DNA of 61,775 nucleotides, filler included. It is 3 parts of 3 records of this genome, joined end to end, with 100 filler letters (N's around TTAATTAATTAA, not from the genome) between each part and the next. Parts side by side here need not be neighbours in the genome. Positions count along the whole stretch, not along the records: positions 1 to 31,470 come from DRR378314_370; 2 more parts are not named here. The stretch is one strand, 5' to 3'. The position numbers and the translations under genes are program-made. Of this stretch, positions 1-9,361 are shown one piece after another (the stretch's first letter is position 1; every line of letters starts with the position of its first letter). The notes below the pieces were generated by a model. The model was not told the origin of the DNA and did not search any database. It was given only the letters and a program-made list of their open reading frames with translations.

Positions 1-30
1 CGCTGATGAAACGATCCGTGCAACACAGTC
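1..30. repeat. Left copy of a perfect 30-bp inverted repeat bounding contig 1 (probable inner end of an IS)
   Basis: cgctgatgaaacgatccgtgcaacacagtc (1-30) is the exact reverse complement of 31441-31470; identity stops at 31/31440. Confidence 0.9.
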
Positions 31-63
31 GTGTGGAAGCAATGGAAAGGGTGGGCCGTCGGA

Positions 64-1242
64 TTAGGCTGCGACAGAGTTGTCGGCGGGGGGGGTGACG
101 TGTCCAAGCGCGGTCAGGAAGGTGCGCAGTTTTGCAGCGGTTTCGGCATGTTCCTTTTCCGGCTCGGAATCCGCAACGATTCCCGCCCCGGCAAAGACCT
201 GCGCCCGTGCTCCGTCAATCACCCCGCAGCGCAGCGCCAACGCCCATTCACCATTGCCCTCGGCGTCCATCCAGCCGACGAGACCCGCGTAATAGCCGCG
301 GTCAAAGTTCTCCAGCTCTGCAATTGAGCGTTGCGCCGCTTTCTGCGGCCATCCGCTCACTGCCGGGGTTGGATGCAGCGCATAGGTCAGTTGCATCGGA
401 TTCACCCCTGCCCGCAGGCTTCCGGAGATACGGCTGCCCAGGTGCCAGATTACCGGTGTCTGCACCAGATCGGGTGCCGCAGGCACCGATACGGGGGCGC
501 AATAGCGGCGGAATTGCTCGCCCACGGCGCGGACCACAAGTGTATGCTCGTGCAGATCCTTTTGCGACTGCATGAGCCCGAGGCCTAGCTCGTGATCCAG
601 CTTTGCATCGCTGTGACGCGGGATCGAACCAGCCAGCGGAGCGCTTTCGACCGCGCCGCCTTTACTGCTCAGAACCAGCTCGGGGCTTGCCCCCAGCAAT
701 ACCGGTGCGGGTCCCGCTTTGTGCGTGGGCAGATCCAGTTGGTAGATAAAGGCACCTGGGTTCACGGCACAGAGCTTTTGGTAGATCGCATCGACGTCAA
801 ATGCGGCCTCGGCTTCGGCCACCACCCGACGCGCGAGCACCACCTTATCCACCGCCTCTAGCGAGATCCGGCGCAGCGCCTTGGCCACGGCGGCTCGGAA
901 AATGGGGGAATCCTCACCCTGCAGGCGGATCGGTGTTCGGGCTGCGTCGTCAAGGGCAGCCTCTGCAGCCTCTGGCGCGTTCCAGATCACCTGTTTTGGA
1001 ACAAAGAGATGTGCAGGCTGGCGGCTGTCAAAGGGCACCGCGCCGACCAGGATAGGGCGGGTGTGACCAGCGCGGCGCGCCTTGGTAAAGGCTGTGGTCA
1101 TGGCTTCGGCCACCGAAGCGCCATCCCACTGGTGCACTGAAATCGCCTGCTGCACGCCCTTCGTCTCAAGCCGGTAGCGTGGCGTTTGGAACCGGAAGAG
1201 CGTGGGTCGCGCTGTCACTACCGGGTGTTCCTGATCCATCAT
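64..1242 (-). CDS. Isochorismate synthase (EntC/DhbC-like MST enzyme)
   Basis: Motifs DKVVLAR, LLGASPELVL, PLAGS, KDLHEH, WHL, LHPTPAVSG, RGYYAG, FAGAGIV, ETAAK. ATG at 1242 follows the [11 protein letters not shown], so the ORF-track extension to 1380 is not used. Confidence 0.9.
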   Translation of the reverse strand: MMDQEHPVVTARPTLFRFQTPRYRLETKGVQQAISVHQWDGASVAEAMTTAFTKARRAGHTRPILVGAVPFDSRQPAHLFVPKQVIWNAPEAAEAALDDAARTPIRLQGEDSPIFRAAVAKALRRISLEAVDKVVLARRVVAEAEAAFDVDAIYQKLCAVNPGAFIYQLDLPTHKAGPAPVLLGASPELVLSSKGGAVESAPLAGSIPRHSDAKLDHELGLGLMQSQKDLHEHTLVVRAVGEQFRRYCAPVSVPAAPDLVQTPVIWHLGSRISGSLRAGVNPMQLTYALHPTPAVSGWPQKAAQRSIAELENFDRGYYAGLVGWMDAEGNGEWALALRCGVIDGARAQVFAGAGIVADSEPEKEHAETAAKLRTFLTALGHVTPPADNSVAA

Positions 1243-1290
1243 GTCGAGTCCTTTCTCTAATTGGGGCCCTGTGTTAGCAGGGCGAATAAA

Positions 1291-1313
1291 CAGGTCGAAA
1301 TCGTCCAGATTAA
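1291..1313 (-). promoter_or_regulatory. Candidate operator 1 (imperfect palindrome with GGACG-WWT-N4-CC core) between the divergent ICS and TetR genes
   Basis: Minus strand reads TTAATCTGGACGATTTCGACCTG; it shares its core with the sites at 26509-26532 and 27023-27050. Confidence 0.45.
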
Positions 1314-1414
1314 CGGTGGATAAGGCGTTGAAATCCGCCAAGGGCGTATGGGTTCGAGTTGCCCTCCGGCGGCCTTGCACCGAGAATGTTCTAACGACCG
1401 AAGGGAAGAGCTAG

Positions 1415-2107
1415 ATGACGCATCCATTACCTCGCACTACAGTGAAGCAATCAGCACCGGATGCTGCCGTTTCGGAGGTGCCCATGCGCAAGAACCGGGG
1501 CGGGCGCCCGACCAAGGCTGCCACCGAGGCGCTGGAACGACGCATCCTCGAGGTTGCGGCGGAACTCTTTGCCAGCCAGGGCTTTGCCGCCACAACAATG
1601 GAGCAGGTTGCAGCCGAGTGTCAGTCGGGCAAGGATACGATCTATCGCCGCTACAATTCCAAGGCAGCGCTGTTTGCAGCGTTGACCACAAAGGCGCGGC
1701 GCGAGGTGCTGCCGGAACTCGAAGAGATCGCCGCGAGCGAGGGACAGACCCTTGCGGTGCTGCGCCAATTTGCACGCGCGATGTTGTCCGTGAACCTGCG
1801 CCCCGAGCTGCTGGCGCTCAATCGGGTTGCCCTGGCAGAAGCGGTGGATATGGGTGAGGCTGCCCGAACGCCAAGCACCGGTGACCCGATCATGACCCTG
1901 TTTGCCTCGCTTGTGCAGGCAGCGCAGATCGAGGGCAGACTCTGTGATCACGACCCGCTGGACTTGGCCGAGCAGCTGCTCTATGCGACTTCGATCAAGC
2001 CGTTGCTGTCTTCGATGATGGGCAGTCCCGAATTTTCTGAACCGGCGGCCCAGGACGCCTATTTCGACCGGGCTTGGAGCCTGTTTCTGCGCGGCGCGCA
2101 GCGCTGA
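1415..2107 (+). CDS. TetR/AcrR family transcriptional regulator
   Basis: GGRP...RILEVAAELFASQGFAATTMEQVAAECQSGKDTIYRRY is a TetR N-terminal HTH. The true start may be 1484 (MRKNRGG). Confidence 0.9.
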   Translation: MTHPLPRTTVKQSAPDAAVSEVPMRKNRGGRPTKAATEALERRILEVAAELFASQGFAATTMEQVAAECQSGKDTIYRRYNSKAALFAALTTKARREVLPELEEIAASEGQTLAVLRQFARAMLSVNLRPELLALNRVALAEAVDMGEAARTPSTGDPIMTLFASLVQAAQIEGRLCDHDPLDLAEQLLYATSIKPLLSSMMGSPEFSEPAAQDAYFDRAWSLFLRGAQR

Positions 2108-2213
2108 CACCTGAACGCACTGCGTTTCTATCGTTGTCGTCATGTCATGTGGTCCACAAATTTTGAAACACGGTGTTGCATTTAGCGCTGCGACGGACCC
2201 GGCATTCAGGATT

Positions 2214-2248
2214 GGTGCGGGCTCTTCCCCCTAGGAACAGCCCGCACC
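2214..2248. terminator. Stem-loop between the convergent tetR and NRPS genes (possible bidirectional terminator)
   Basis: GGTGCGGGCT-c-TTCC...GGAA-c-AGCCCGCACC inverted repeat; no clear U-tract. Confidence 0.5.
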
Positions 2249-2281
2249 CTCGCCAACCTGTGCAGCCTTTGGCGGAGCGGA

Positions 2282-5200
2282 TTACCCTGCCGCCGTCGAC
2301 CCCTCCGCGCGGCTCTGCGGAGTGGGAAAGAACCCGCTCTTCCTGAAGTAGGCGATGTAGAGATCCAAGATCTGGGCGCTGATCTCTGGCGGCGCTATTC
2401 CGGTTCCGGCCAGCGCCGCCTCTATCTGATCTTGCCCCAGGGCGGATTCGGAGACGGGACCATCATATTTCTGCATGTGATCCGCCAGCAAAAGCGCCGG
2501 TGCCAATGCGGTATCCCCACGCGCTGCCAAGGACTGCGCGCTTTCTCGCAGCCGTTCCAGCCAAGCCTCAAACGGCAGTTCTTCCAGCTGGTAGCCCGCC
2601 CGGCCCAAAGCCGCGACGATGGCGCTGATACTGGTGCAGCTGCGGTTGGACAGGTGATAGGTCGCCCCGGCCTCGCCGTGTTCAAGCAGAGCAACCATCG
2701 CCCGCGCTACATAATCCACCGGAGCCAACGTCAGCTCATCAGCCTGCAGGCGCGGTGCGGCGCCCAATTGCAGCATGGAGCGGATGAAATACCAAAATCC
2801 CACGCCTGGCCCGCAAGCCCCACTGCGACTATGGCCGCTCACCCGTCCGGGGCGGTGGATTGTCACCGGCAGGCCGGCAGCTATGGCGTTGTGCATCATC
2901 TCTTCGGCGACCCATTTGCTGCGGACATAGCCGTTGGTCTCCACTTCGGCGGCCAAGATCCGGGTGTCCTCGCTGATCGTGGCCGGATTTTCACCCCGCC
3001 GTGAGACCACCGAGGCTGTGGAGACGAAATGCACCGGAACAGCCCGTGCGCCGAGCGTGGCCAGCCGCAGGATCTGCACCGCACCGCCGACATTGGTCGG
3101 GGCCAGATGGGCATAGGGCGCCGCCTCGTTGGTGGCCCCGGCGTTATGCAGGATCAGACCATAGCGGTCTGCAAGCGCCTGGAACGCTGTCGCGCTGAGG
3201 CCGAACCGCTCCTGAGACAAATCCCCGGCAAAGACCGTAAGGCGTTGTGCAAACCGTTCCTGCCAGAGCCCGTAGCCCTGCATCGCGGCACGCAAGCGTT
3301 GCGCGGCCGCCGCATCATCCGGTGCCCGCACCATACACTCCACCGCCAGCTGCGTTGTGGTCAGCAATTCCGCAAGCAAATGCGCCCCGAGGAACCCGGC
3401 TGCACCGGTCAGGAACAGAGGGCGGGCGCCGCTCAGATCCGGTTGAGCGGCCGGTGGACAAGGCAGATCCGTCGGCAATGCCGCATCGGCCTCCATCTGC
3501 CGCAAGAGTTCCGCTTCCGCCTGTCCCTCGGCCTGGTCCTGTGCGGCAGCCGATGGCGCCAACGCCGCCGCCAGCGCTGCCGGATTGGGGTGGTCGTAGA
3601 TCTGTCGTACGTTGATCTCGGTCTCCAGACTATCACGCAGCAGCCCCACCAGACGCACCGTCAGCAGCGAATGGCCTCCAGCTTCGAAGAAGTCCTCGAG
3701 CCGCCCCACCTCGCTGCGGTCCAATACCTGCGCAAATGCCGCGCAGATCCGGGCCTCCAGTTCGGTTTCGGGCGCGGAGCATCCCGCCTCAGAGGCCGGC
3801 TCTTCGGGTTCGGGCAACGCCGCAACGTCCAGCTTTCCGTTTTGAGTTCGCGGCAGATCCGCCACATAGACCAGCGCGGCGGGAACCATGTAGACTGGCA
3901 GTTCGCAGCGCAGGTGGTCTCGCAGCTCGGCTGGCGCCGGGGCGCTCTCGGTGCCGACCACATAGGCCACCAGTTGCAGCTCGCCTGAGCCGGCCGCCCG
4001 TCCGATGACTGCTGCGCGGCTGATCCCCGGATGGGCGACAATAACGTTTTCAATCTCTGCCGGTTCAATCCGATAGCCACGGATCTTCAGTTGGCTATCA
4101 GCGCGGCCAAGGAAATCGATCCGCCCATCCGCCTGCCAGCGGGCCAGATCGCCGGTACGATACAGCCGCTCGCCGGGTGCTCCCGTGGGATGAGCCACAA
4201 ACCGCTCGGCAGTGAGCCCGGGCCGCTGCACATACCCGCGCGCCAGTCCAACCCCGCTCAAATACAGCTCCCCCGTCACCCCGACCGGTGCCGGCAGCAA
4301 CCCCGGCGTCAAAATCATCGCCCGGGTGTTGGCGATAGGATGGCCGACCGAAGGTGTGTCGCTATCAGCCAGATCCGCCCCCAAAGCGTTGATAGTGTAT
4401 TCGGTCGGCCCATAGAGGTTATAGCCGCCGACTCCCGGCGCTTCGTGCAATTGGGTCCAAAGCGCATCGCCCACCGCTTCGCCGCCAAGCGAGACAAAGA
4501 CAACCCCGGTGCCAGCCTGCCCTCGCGGGCGCGGGCGTTCCAGCAGCCCGTGTTCAACCAGATAGGACCCATAGGTCGGGGTCACGTCGAAGGCATCAAT
4601 CTCGGCGGCGTCAAACAGCGTCAGCAGACGATCCGGGTCGCGCCGCAGTTCGTCGCTGATCACATGGACCTCGTGGCCGCTCAGCAGCCACAGAAGTTGC
4701 TCCCAGGAGGCATCAAAGGCAAAGGAAGTGGTATGCGCGATGCGGATCCGCCGCCCGCCCTGCGCCGCCAGCGTTGGCGCAAAAATCTCTTTTTGGTGGT
4801 TCTCAAACATATTGGTGAGCCCGCGATAAGGCACCGCAACCCCCTTAGGCATGCCGGTAGAGCCCGAGGTGAAGATCACATAAGCAAGATGATCTAGCCC
4901 ACCGGGCCGATCAACGTCGGGCCGGGTCTCGGGCTGTGCCGCCAGCGCCGCCTGACTCTCTGCGCTGTCGATCTCTACAATCCGGTAGTCTTTGCAATAG
5001 CTCTCAGGCAGCAGTTCACGCATCGCCGCGGTTGTCAGGATCACCGTCGGCTCGGCCTGATCCAGGACCGCTTCGATCCGCCGCGCTGGGGTTTCCGCGT
5101 CAATCGGCACATAGGCAGCATGGGCAGAGAACACCGCAAATAGGGCCACGATCATTACCTCTGAGCGCGGCAGCAGCAGCGCGACGCTATGTTCGGGAGA

Positions 5201-8200
5201 GACCCCGCGTGCCTGCAGCAGATGCGCCAGCCGGTTGGCTTGCCCCGCCAGTTCGGAAAAGCTCAGCTCAGTTTCTCCTGCCACAACTGCGCGCAACTCG
5301 GGGGTTTTCTCCGCCTGTGCAAACAGCAGGTCGGCAACCGATACGGTGCCATAATCCAGATCCGCCCCGGCGTCCGAGGATGGCAGCAGCGCCGGACAGG
5401 GGCGCAGCGCATCAACCTGCAACAGCGGCACCTGCGGCGCGGCGGCAAAGGCTGCCGCCAGATGCTTGTATGCCGCCAGCAGCGCTTCGGCATGGTCTGG
5501 GCTGACAATATCCCGCCGATACATCAACCTTAAGGTGATTCCCCCGGCGCCGGGAGATACCGCCATGCTGAGCGGGTAGTGGGTGGCATCGCGCACCGTT
5601 GCATCGCCAAACTGCAAGCTGGCCTCGGCGTCCCGGTCAAGTCCAGGCAGGTTCTGCACCGCAAACAAAGTATCAAACAGGGCACTGTGTCCGGCGATCT
5701 GCATCAGCCGCGACAAGGGCACATGAGAATGGTGCAGCGAAGCCGCCTTCTGGCTGTGTAAGGCGCCAAGCGCTTCCAGAACCGTCAACCCGCCATCGGC
5801 CCGCACCCGCGTCGGTACTGTATTGAACATCAGCCCAATGATCTGATCCACGCCGGCAATCTCGGCCGGACGGCCGGAGACCACATTGCCAAAGACCACA
5901 TCACTGCTGCCGCTCATCCGCATCAGCAGCGCAGCCCAAGTAAGCTCCAGCACCGAGCTGAGCGTAGTTGCCCCCCGCCGCGCCAGATCCTGAAGCGCGG
6001 CCATATCCTCAGCTGAGATGCAGGCTTCGCATTCCGCGCTCTGACTCACGCTAGCCTCCAGCCCTTGTGCCGAGGGGTAGAGCAACGTCGGCTGTGCCCC
6101 CGAGAGGATCTCGCGCCAACGGGAGTCCGCGCTGGTCTCATCCTGCGCCTCCAGCCAGCTCAGATACTGCCCGAAGTCCGGCGGCGGCGTCACCGTTTCA
6201 GGCGTTTCGTAAAGGTCGAAGATCAAACGGAACAGCAACCGGATTGACCAGCCGTCAAGCAGGATGTGATGGGCGGTCAGATACAGGTAATGACCACCCT
6301 CCGGGTTTGCATTTCGGGCCAGTGCAAAGCGAAGCAGCGGCGGGTGGGCGGTGTCAAAAACGGCGCCATACTCCGCATCCGCCAGTGCCTGCGCCGCCTG
6401 CGGCGTGTTCGCCTCAACGGCACTAAACGGGATCTCGGCATGGTGAGGGCAGACCTGTACCATCCGCCCCTTCACTTCGGTAAACCCGGCGGTAATATTG
6501 GGGATCATGTCCGCCGCGCGCCGGATCGCGGCATGCAACCGCGACGGGTCAACATGACCGCGCAGGCTCAACCGGGTTTGTGAGATATAGACATCCTGCT
6601 CCCCCGCCTTGGTTCCTGCCGCGTGAAACCGCAGCCCCTGTTGCAAGGGGGACAGAGGATACACCGCCCGCAAAGGACCAAATTGCGCCTCCAGTATGCG
6701 CCGCTGCGAAGGCGCCAGCATCACCTGACCAGCGTCATCCGTGCTTTGCGGTGTCAGCGGGACTGCGGGGACCCCCGCCAGCAGCTCCGGCAGTGAGCGC
6801 TGCCAGATTGCAAGCTGCTGCTCTACCTCTTCTTGCGGCTGCCTTGCCCGCAGCGTCAGCCGTGCCCGTTTGCGATGTAGGCAAATATCGAGACACCAGA
6901 CATGGGGCTCACTCTCTGTGAGGCCACTGTCCGGGACGGCAGACAGAGACGTAACTGCATCTCGATCTCCCCAATCTCCCAGTCGGATCACCAGCCGGTG
7001 CTGTGCCGCGGGCAGCGCATCAAAGGCACCTTCGGTCTCCGGGTGGATGTCCCGCGCCAACTGGTATGCGGTTGCGGCATCACCAGTCATCGCGCCCTCA
7101 GCCCCCAAGCGCAATGCCAGCGCCGCCCGGTGCCGCAAGCCCTCCGCGCCCGCCGACTGACCCTTGCCCTGCGGCGGGATCACTACCGGCAGCAGCCGCC
7201 GACAACAGCCAACCAGCGCCATCCCGGCGGCGGGCAGCGGTGTGCGGTCCCGATCCGGCTCGTCGATATCCAGCCTGAACGGCCCCTCGGTGCCTTTTAG
7301 AGCGGGCAACAGCGCCGCCACCGCATTCGTGCGCAGCGATGTCACAGCGGGCCAATCTGCCAATGCGGGCAATGGGATCTCGATGACAGCCTCGCATGCG
7401 GTACCAGACGTGGCCAACGGCGGATTGATTGTCGGCTGTTCCAGATAATCCAGCCAAGTCTCCGCCAGATCCAGGATCCGCTCCGAGCGCGCAAGGTCCG
7501 CTGTCTGGTTCAACCAGCTGTCATAAGACGCGGGCGCTAGAGGCGGCCGCAGCTGCCCGCAAACACGCAGATCCGACAGGTCGGCAAGCAGGACCGCCCA
7601 GCTTTCCGCATCGATACAGGCTGCAGGGGCACTCAGTACCAAACGGTCCGGACCGGCCAGCCAAGCCTGAAAACGGTCCTGGCTGGTCTCCTCGGGTGAT
7701 GTCGCGACAAACAGCGGGCGGGCCAGCTGCTCCGCCGCTGTCATGACCCGCAACCCATGGTCCTCCACCTGCAAGCGCAGCGCCGGGTGACGCGATAGCG
7801 CCCGCACCAGCGCAGCGGCGATTTCAGGACTTGCAATCTCCGGGCGCAGGGCGATCTCGCGGTGCTCTATCCCTGAAGCCACTGATGCAAGCCCCCGCAG
7901 CAACGCCAGCCCTGGTGCCGATAGCGGTGCCGCGGCCAGATCGCCAAGCTCCGACACCCGCAGTTCAGGGTGATGCAGCATCAAACACAGGGCCGCCGTC
8001 ACCATCGAGAGCAGATCAGCGCTGCTGCTGTCGCTGAACAGATCACTGGCATAAAGCAGCGACAGCCCGATCCGCCCCGCCTCACCTTCATCGTGCAGCA
8101 CAAAGGTCAGGTCGAATTTCGCTTGCGTTTGCCTGGGTTCGGCAACCTGCCAAGTCCGTCCGGCAAAGCGCATCTGCGGCCAAGGGCGACTGGTCGTGAC

Positions 8201-9361
8201 CATGACGTCAAACAGCGGCGTCCGATTGGCTTCACGGCGCGGGTTCAGTCGTTCCACGACCTGTTCAAACGGCACGTCGCGATGGTCGAGCGCCTCCAGC
8301 ATAGCCTCGTTACAGCGCAGCAGGACTGTGTTGAGACTGGGGTCTCCGCTCAGGTCGGCGCGCAGCACAACCGTGTTGGTGAAAAATCCCAGGGTGCCCG
8401 CCAATGCCTGATCCTGCCGCATGTCCACCGGCACCCCGAGGCAGAGATCCGCCCCGGCGCCGGAGCGGGACAGCACCGCTGCCACCGCAGTCTGCATCAT
8501 CACCAGCGGCGACGCCCCCTGACTGCGCGCCGCCTCGCGCAGCTGCGCCGATAGGGTCGCGTCCAGCCACTGACGGTGCTGGGCACCTTTGAAACTGGGT
8601 TCTGCCGGACGCGGCTGATCCAGCGCCACCCCAGTGCCTGTGGGCAAGTCGGCGAGGCGCGCGGCCCAATAGCCCAGCTGGTCGCGCGACAGATGCCCCT
8701 CGGCCAGCCGTTCCTGTTCCCACTGGGCGTAGTCGCTATAGCGCAGCGTATCGGGTTCGCCGCTCTCTGACAGTTCTCCGGCCAGCGCGCGCTCCAAGTC
8801 TCGCAGCAGCGTACCAAAGGAGCCACCGTCCCCGGCGATATGCGGCAGGCACAACACCAGCGCGCAGACCTCGCCGTTCCGATGCACCAGCATCGCTCTC
8901 AGCGACGCTTCCCGGGTCAGGTCAAACACCCTGTCTCGTTCCGCCCTGGCAAAGGCGTCAAGTGCCGATTCCGGGTCCGCGCCGGTCAGCGTATGAGCGG
9001 TGACACCGGGCCAGAGCTCAGGCTCAATCACCTGTTGCGGGTTACCGTCCGCGTCCTGCACATAGCGTGTGCGCAGAATATCGTGGCGCCGGGCCACTTC
9101 GCGCAGCGCCACCTCAAGCCGCGCCTGCGTCAGATCCGGTGCCGCTCCTTCACCCTCCGCGCGGATAACGATGCAAAAGTTATAGGCCGCCCCGTCGGCA
9201 AGCTGCGCCTGATACCACATGCGCAGCTGCGCCGCGGACAGTGGCAGCAACCCGGCCTGGGTTCTGCGTTGTGGGCGGCTGTTGGCCGCGCTGCCGGTTT
9301 GTATGCCTGCGCGGGCCAGTTTCTGTTGCAGCAAACGCTGTTTCGGATCGGTAGATGTCAT
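2282..9361 (-). CDS. Terminal NRPS: C - degenerate E-like - C - A - T - thioester reductase (R)
   Basis: C1 LPHIAGDG; decayed E-like PAACIDAESW; C2 PLSPLQQG/AHHILLDGWS; A YVIFTSGSTGMPKG, FDASWE, NLYGPTE, YRTGDL, NGK; T GGHSLL; R LTGAAGFLG, GYVRSKW, HRPG. Confidence 0.93.
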   Translation of the reverse strand: MTSTDPKQRLLQQKLARAGIQTGSAANSRPQRRTQAGLLPLSAAQLRMWYQAQLADGAAYNFCIVIRAEGEGAAPDLTQARLEVALREVARRHDILRTRYVQDADGNPQQVIEPELWPGVTAHTLTGADPESALDAFARAERDRVFDLTREASLRAMLVHRNGEVCALVLCLPHIAGDGGSFGTLLRDLERALAGELSESGEPDTLRYSDYAQWEQERLAEGHLSRDQLGYWAARLADLPTGTGVALDQPRPAEPSFKGAQHRQWLDATLSAQLREAARSQGASPLVMMQTAVAAVLSRSGAGADLCLGVPVDMRQDQALAGTLGFFTNTVVLRADLSGDPSLNTVLLRCNEAMLEALDHRDVPFEQVVERLNPRREANRTPLFDVMVTTSRPWPQMRFAGRTWQVAEPRQTQAKFDLTFVLHDEGEAGRIGLSLLYASDLFSDSSSADLLSMVTAALCLMLHHPELRVSELGDLAAAPLSAPGLALLRGLASVASGIEHREIALRPEIASPEIAAALVRALSRHPALRLQVEDHGLRVMTAAEQLARPLFVATSPEETSQDRFQAWLAGPDRLVLSAPAACIDAESWAVLLADLSDLRVCGQLRPPLAPASYDSWLNQTADLARSERILDLAETWLDYLEQPTINPPLATSGTACEAVIEIPLPALADWPAVTSLRTNAVAALLPALKGTEGPFRLDIDEPDRDRTPLPAAGMALVGCCRRLLPVVIPPQGKGQSAGAEGLRHRAALALRLGAEGAMTGDAATAYQLARDIHPETEGAFDALPAAQHRLVIRLGDWGDRDAVTSLSAVPDSGLTESEPHVWCLDICLHRKRARLTLRARQPQEEVEQQLAIWQRSLPELLAGVPAVPLTPQSTDDAGQVMLAPSQRRILEAQFGPLRAVYPLSPLQQGLRFHAAGTKAGEQDVYISQTRLSLRGHVDPSRLHAAIRRAADMIPNITAGFTEVKGRMVQVCPHHAEIPFSAVEANTPQAAQALADAEYGAVFDTAHPPLLRFALARNANPEGGHYLYLTAHHILLDGWSIRLLFRLIFDLYETPETVTPPPDFGQYLSWLEAQDETSADSRWREILSGAQPTLLYPSAQGLEASVSQSAECEACISAEDMAALQDLARRGATTLSSVLELTWAALLMRMSGSSDVVFGNVVSGRPAEIAGVDQIIGLMFNTVPTRVRADGGLTVLEALGALHSQKAASLHHSHVPLSRLMQIAGHSALFDTLFAVQNLPGLDRDAEASLQFGDATVRDATHYPLSMAVSPGAGGITLRLMYRRDIVSPDHAEALLAAYKHLAAAFAAAPQVPLLQVDALRPCPALLPSSDAGADLDYGTVSVADLLFAQAEKTPELRAVVAGETELSFSELAGQANRLAHLLQARGVSPEHSVALLLPRSEVMIVALFAVFSAHAAYVPIDAETPARRIEAVLDQAEPTVILTTAAMRELLPESYCKDYRIVEIDSAESQAALAAQPETRPDVDRPGGLDHLAYVIFTSGSTGMPKGVAVPYRGLTNMFENHQKEIFAPTLAAQGGRRIRIAHTTSFAFDASWEQLLWLLSGHEVHVISDELRRDPDRLLTLFDAAEIDAFDVTPTYGSYLVEHGLLERPRPRGQAGTGVVFVSLGGEAVGDALWTQLHEAPGVGGYNLYGPTEYTINALGADLADSDTPSVGHPIANTRAMILTPGLLPAPVGVTGELYLSGVGLARGYVQRPGLTAERFVAHPTGAPGERLYRTGDLARWQADGRIDFLGRADSQLKIRGYRIEPAEIENVIVAHPGISRAAVIGRAAGSGELQLVAYVVGTESAPAPAELRDHLRCELPVYMVPAALVYVADLPRTQNGKLDVAALPEPEEPASEAGCSAPETELEARICAAFAQVLDRSEVGRLEDFFEAGGHSLLTVRLVGLLRDSLETEINVRQIYDHPNPAALAAALAPSAAAQDQAEGQAEAELLRQMEADAALPTDLPCPPAAQPDLSGARPLFLTGAAGFLGAHLLAELLTTTQLAVECMVRAPDDAAAAQRLRAAMQGYGLWQERFAQRLTVFAGDLSQERFGLSATAFQALADRYGLILHNAGATNEAAPYAHLAPTNVGGAVQILRLATLGARAVPVHFVSTASVVSRRGENPATISEDTRILAAEVETNGYVRSKWVAEEMMHNAIAAGLPVTIHRPGRVSGHSRSGACGPGVGFWYFIRSMLQLGAAPRLQADELTLAPVDYVARAMVALLEHGEAGATYHLSNRSCTSISAIVAALGRAGYQLEELPFEAWLERLRESAQSLAARGDTALAPALLLADHMQKYDGPVSESALGQDQIEAALAGTGIAPPEISAQILDLYIAYFRKSGFFPTPQSRAEGSTAAG

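Noticed and set aside
64-1242. Evidence for a 2,3-dihydroxybenzoate (catechol) siderophore
   Set aside because: No isochorismatase or DHB dehydrogenase lies within the repeat-bounded cassette, and the aryl ligase has the salicylate-type HNFPLAC motif.
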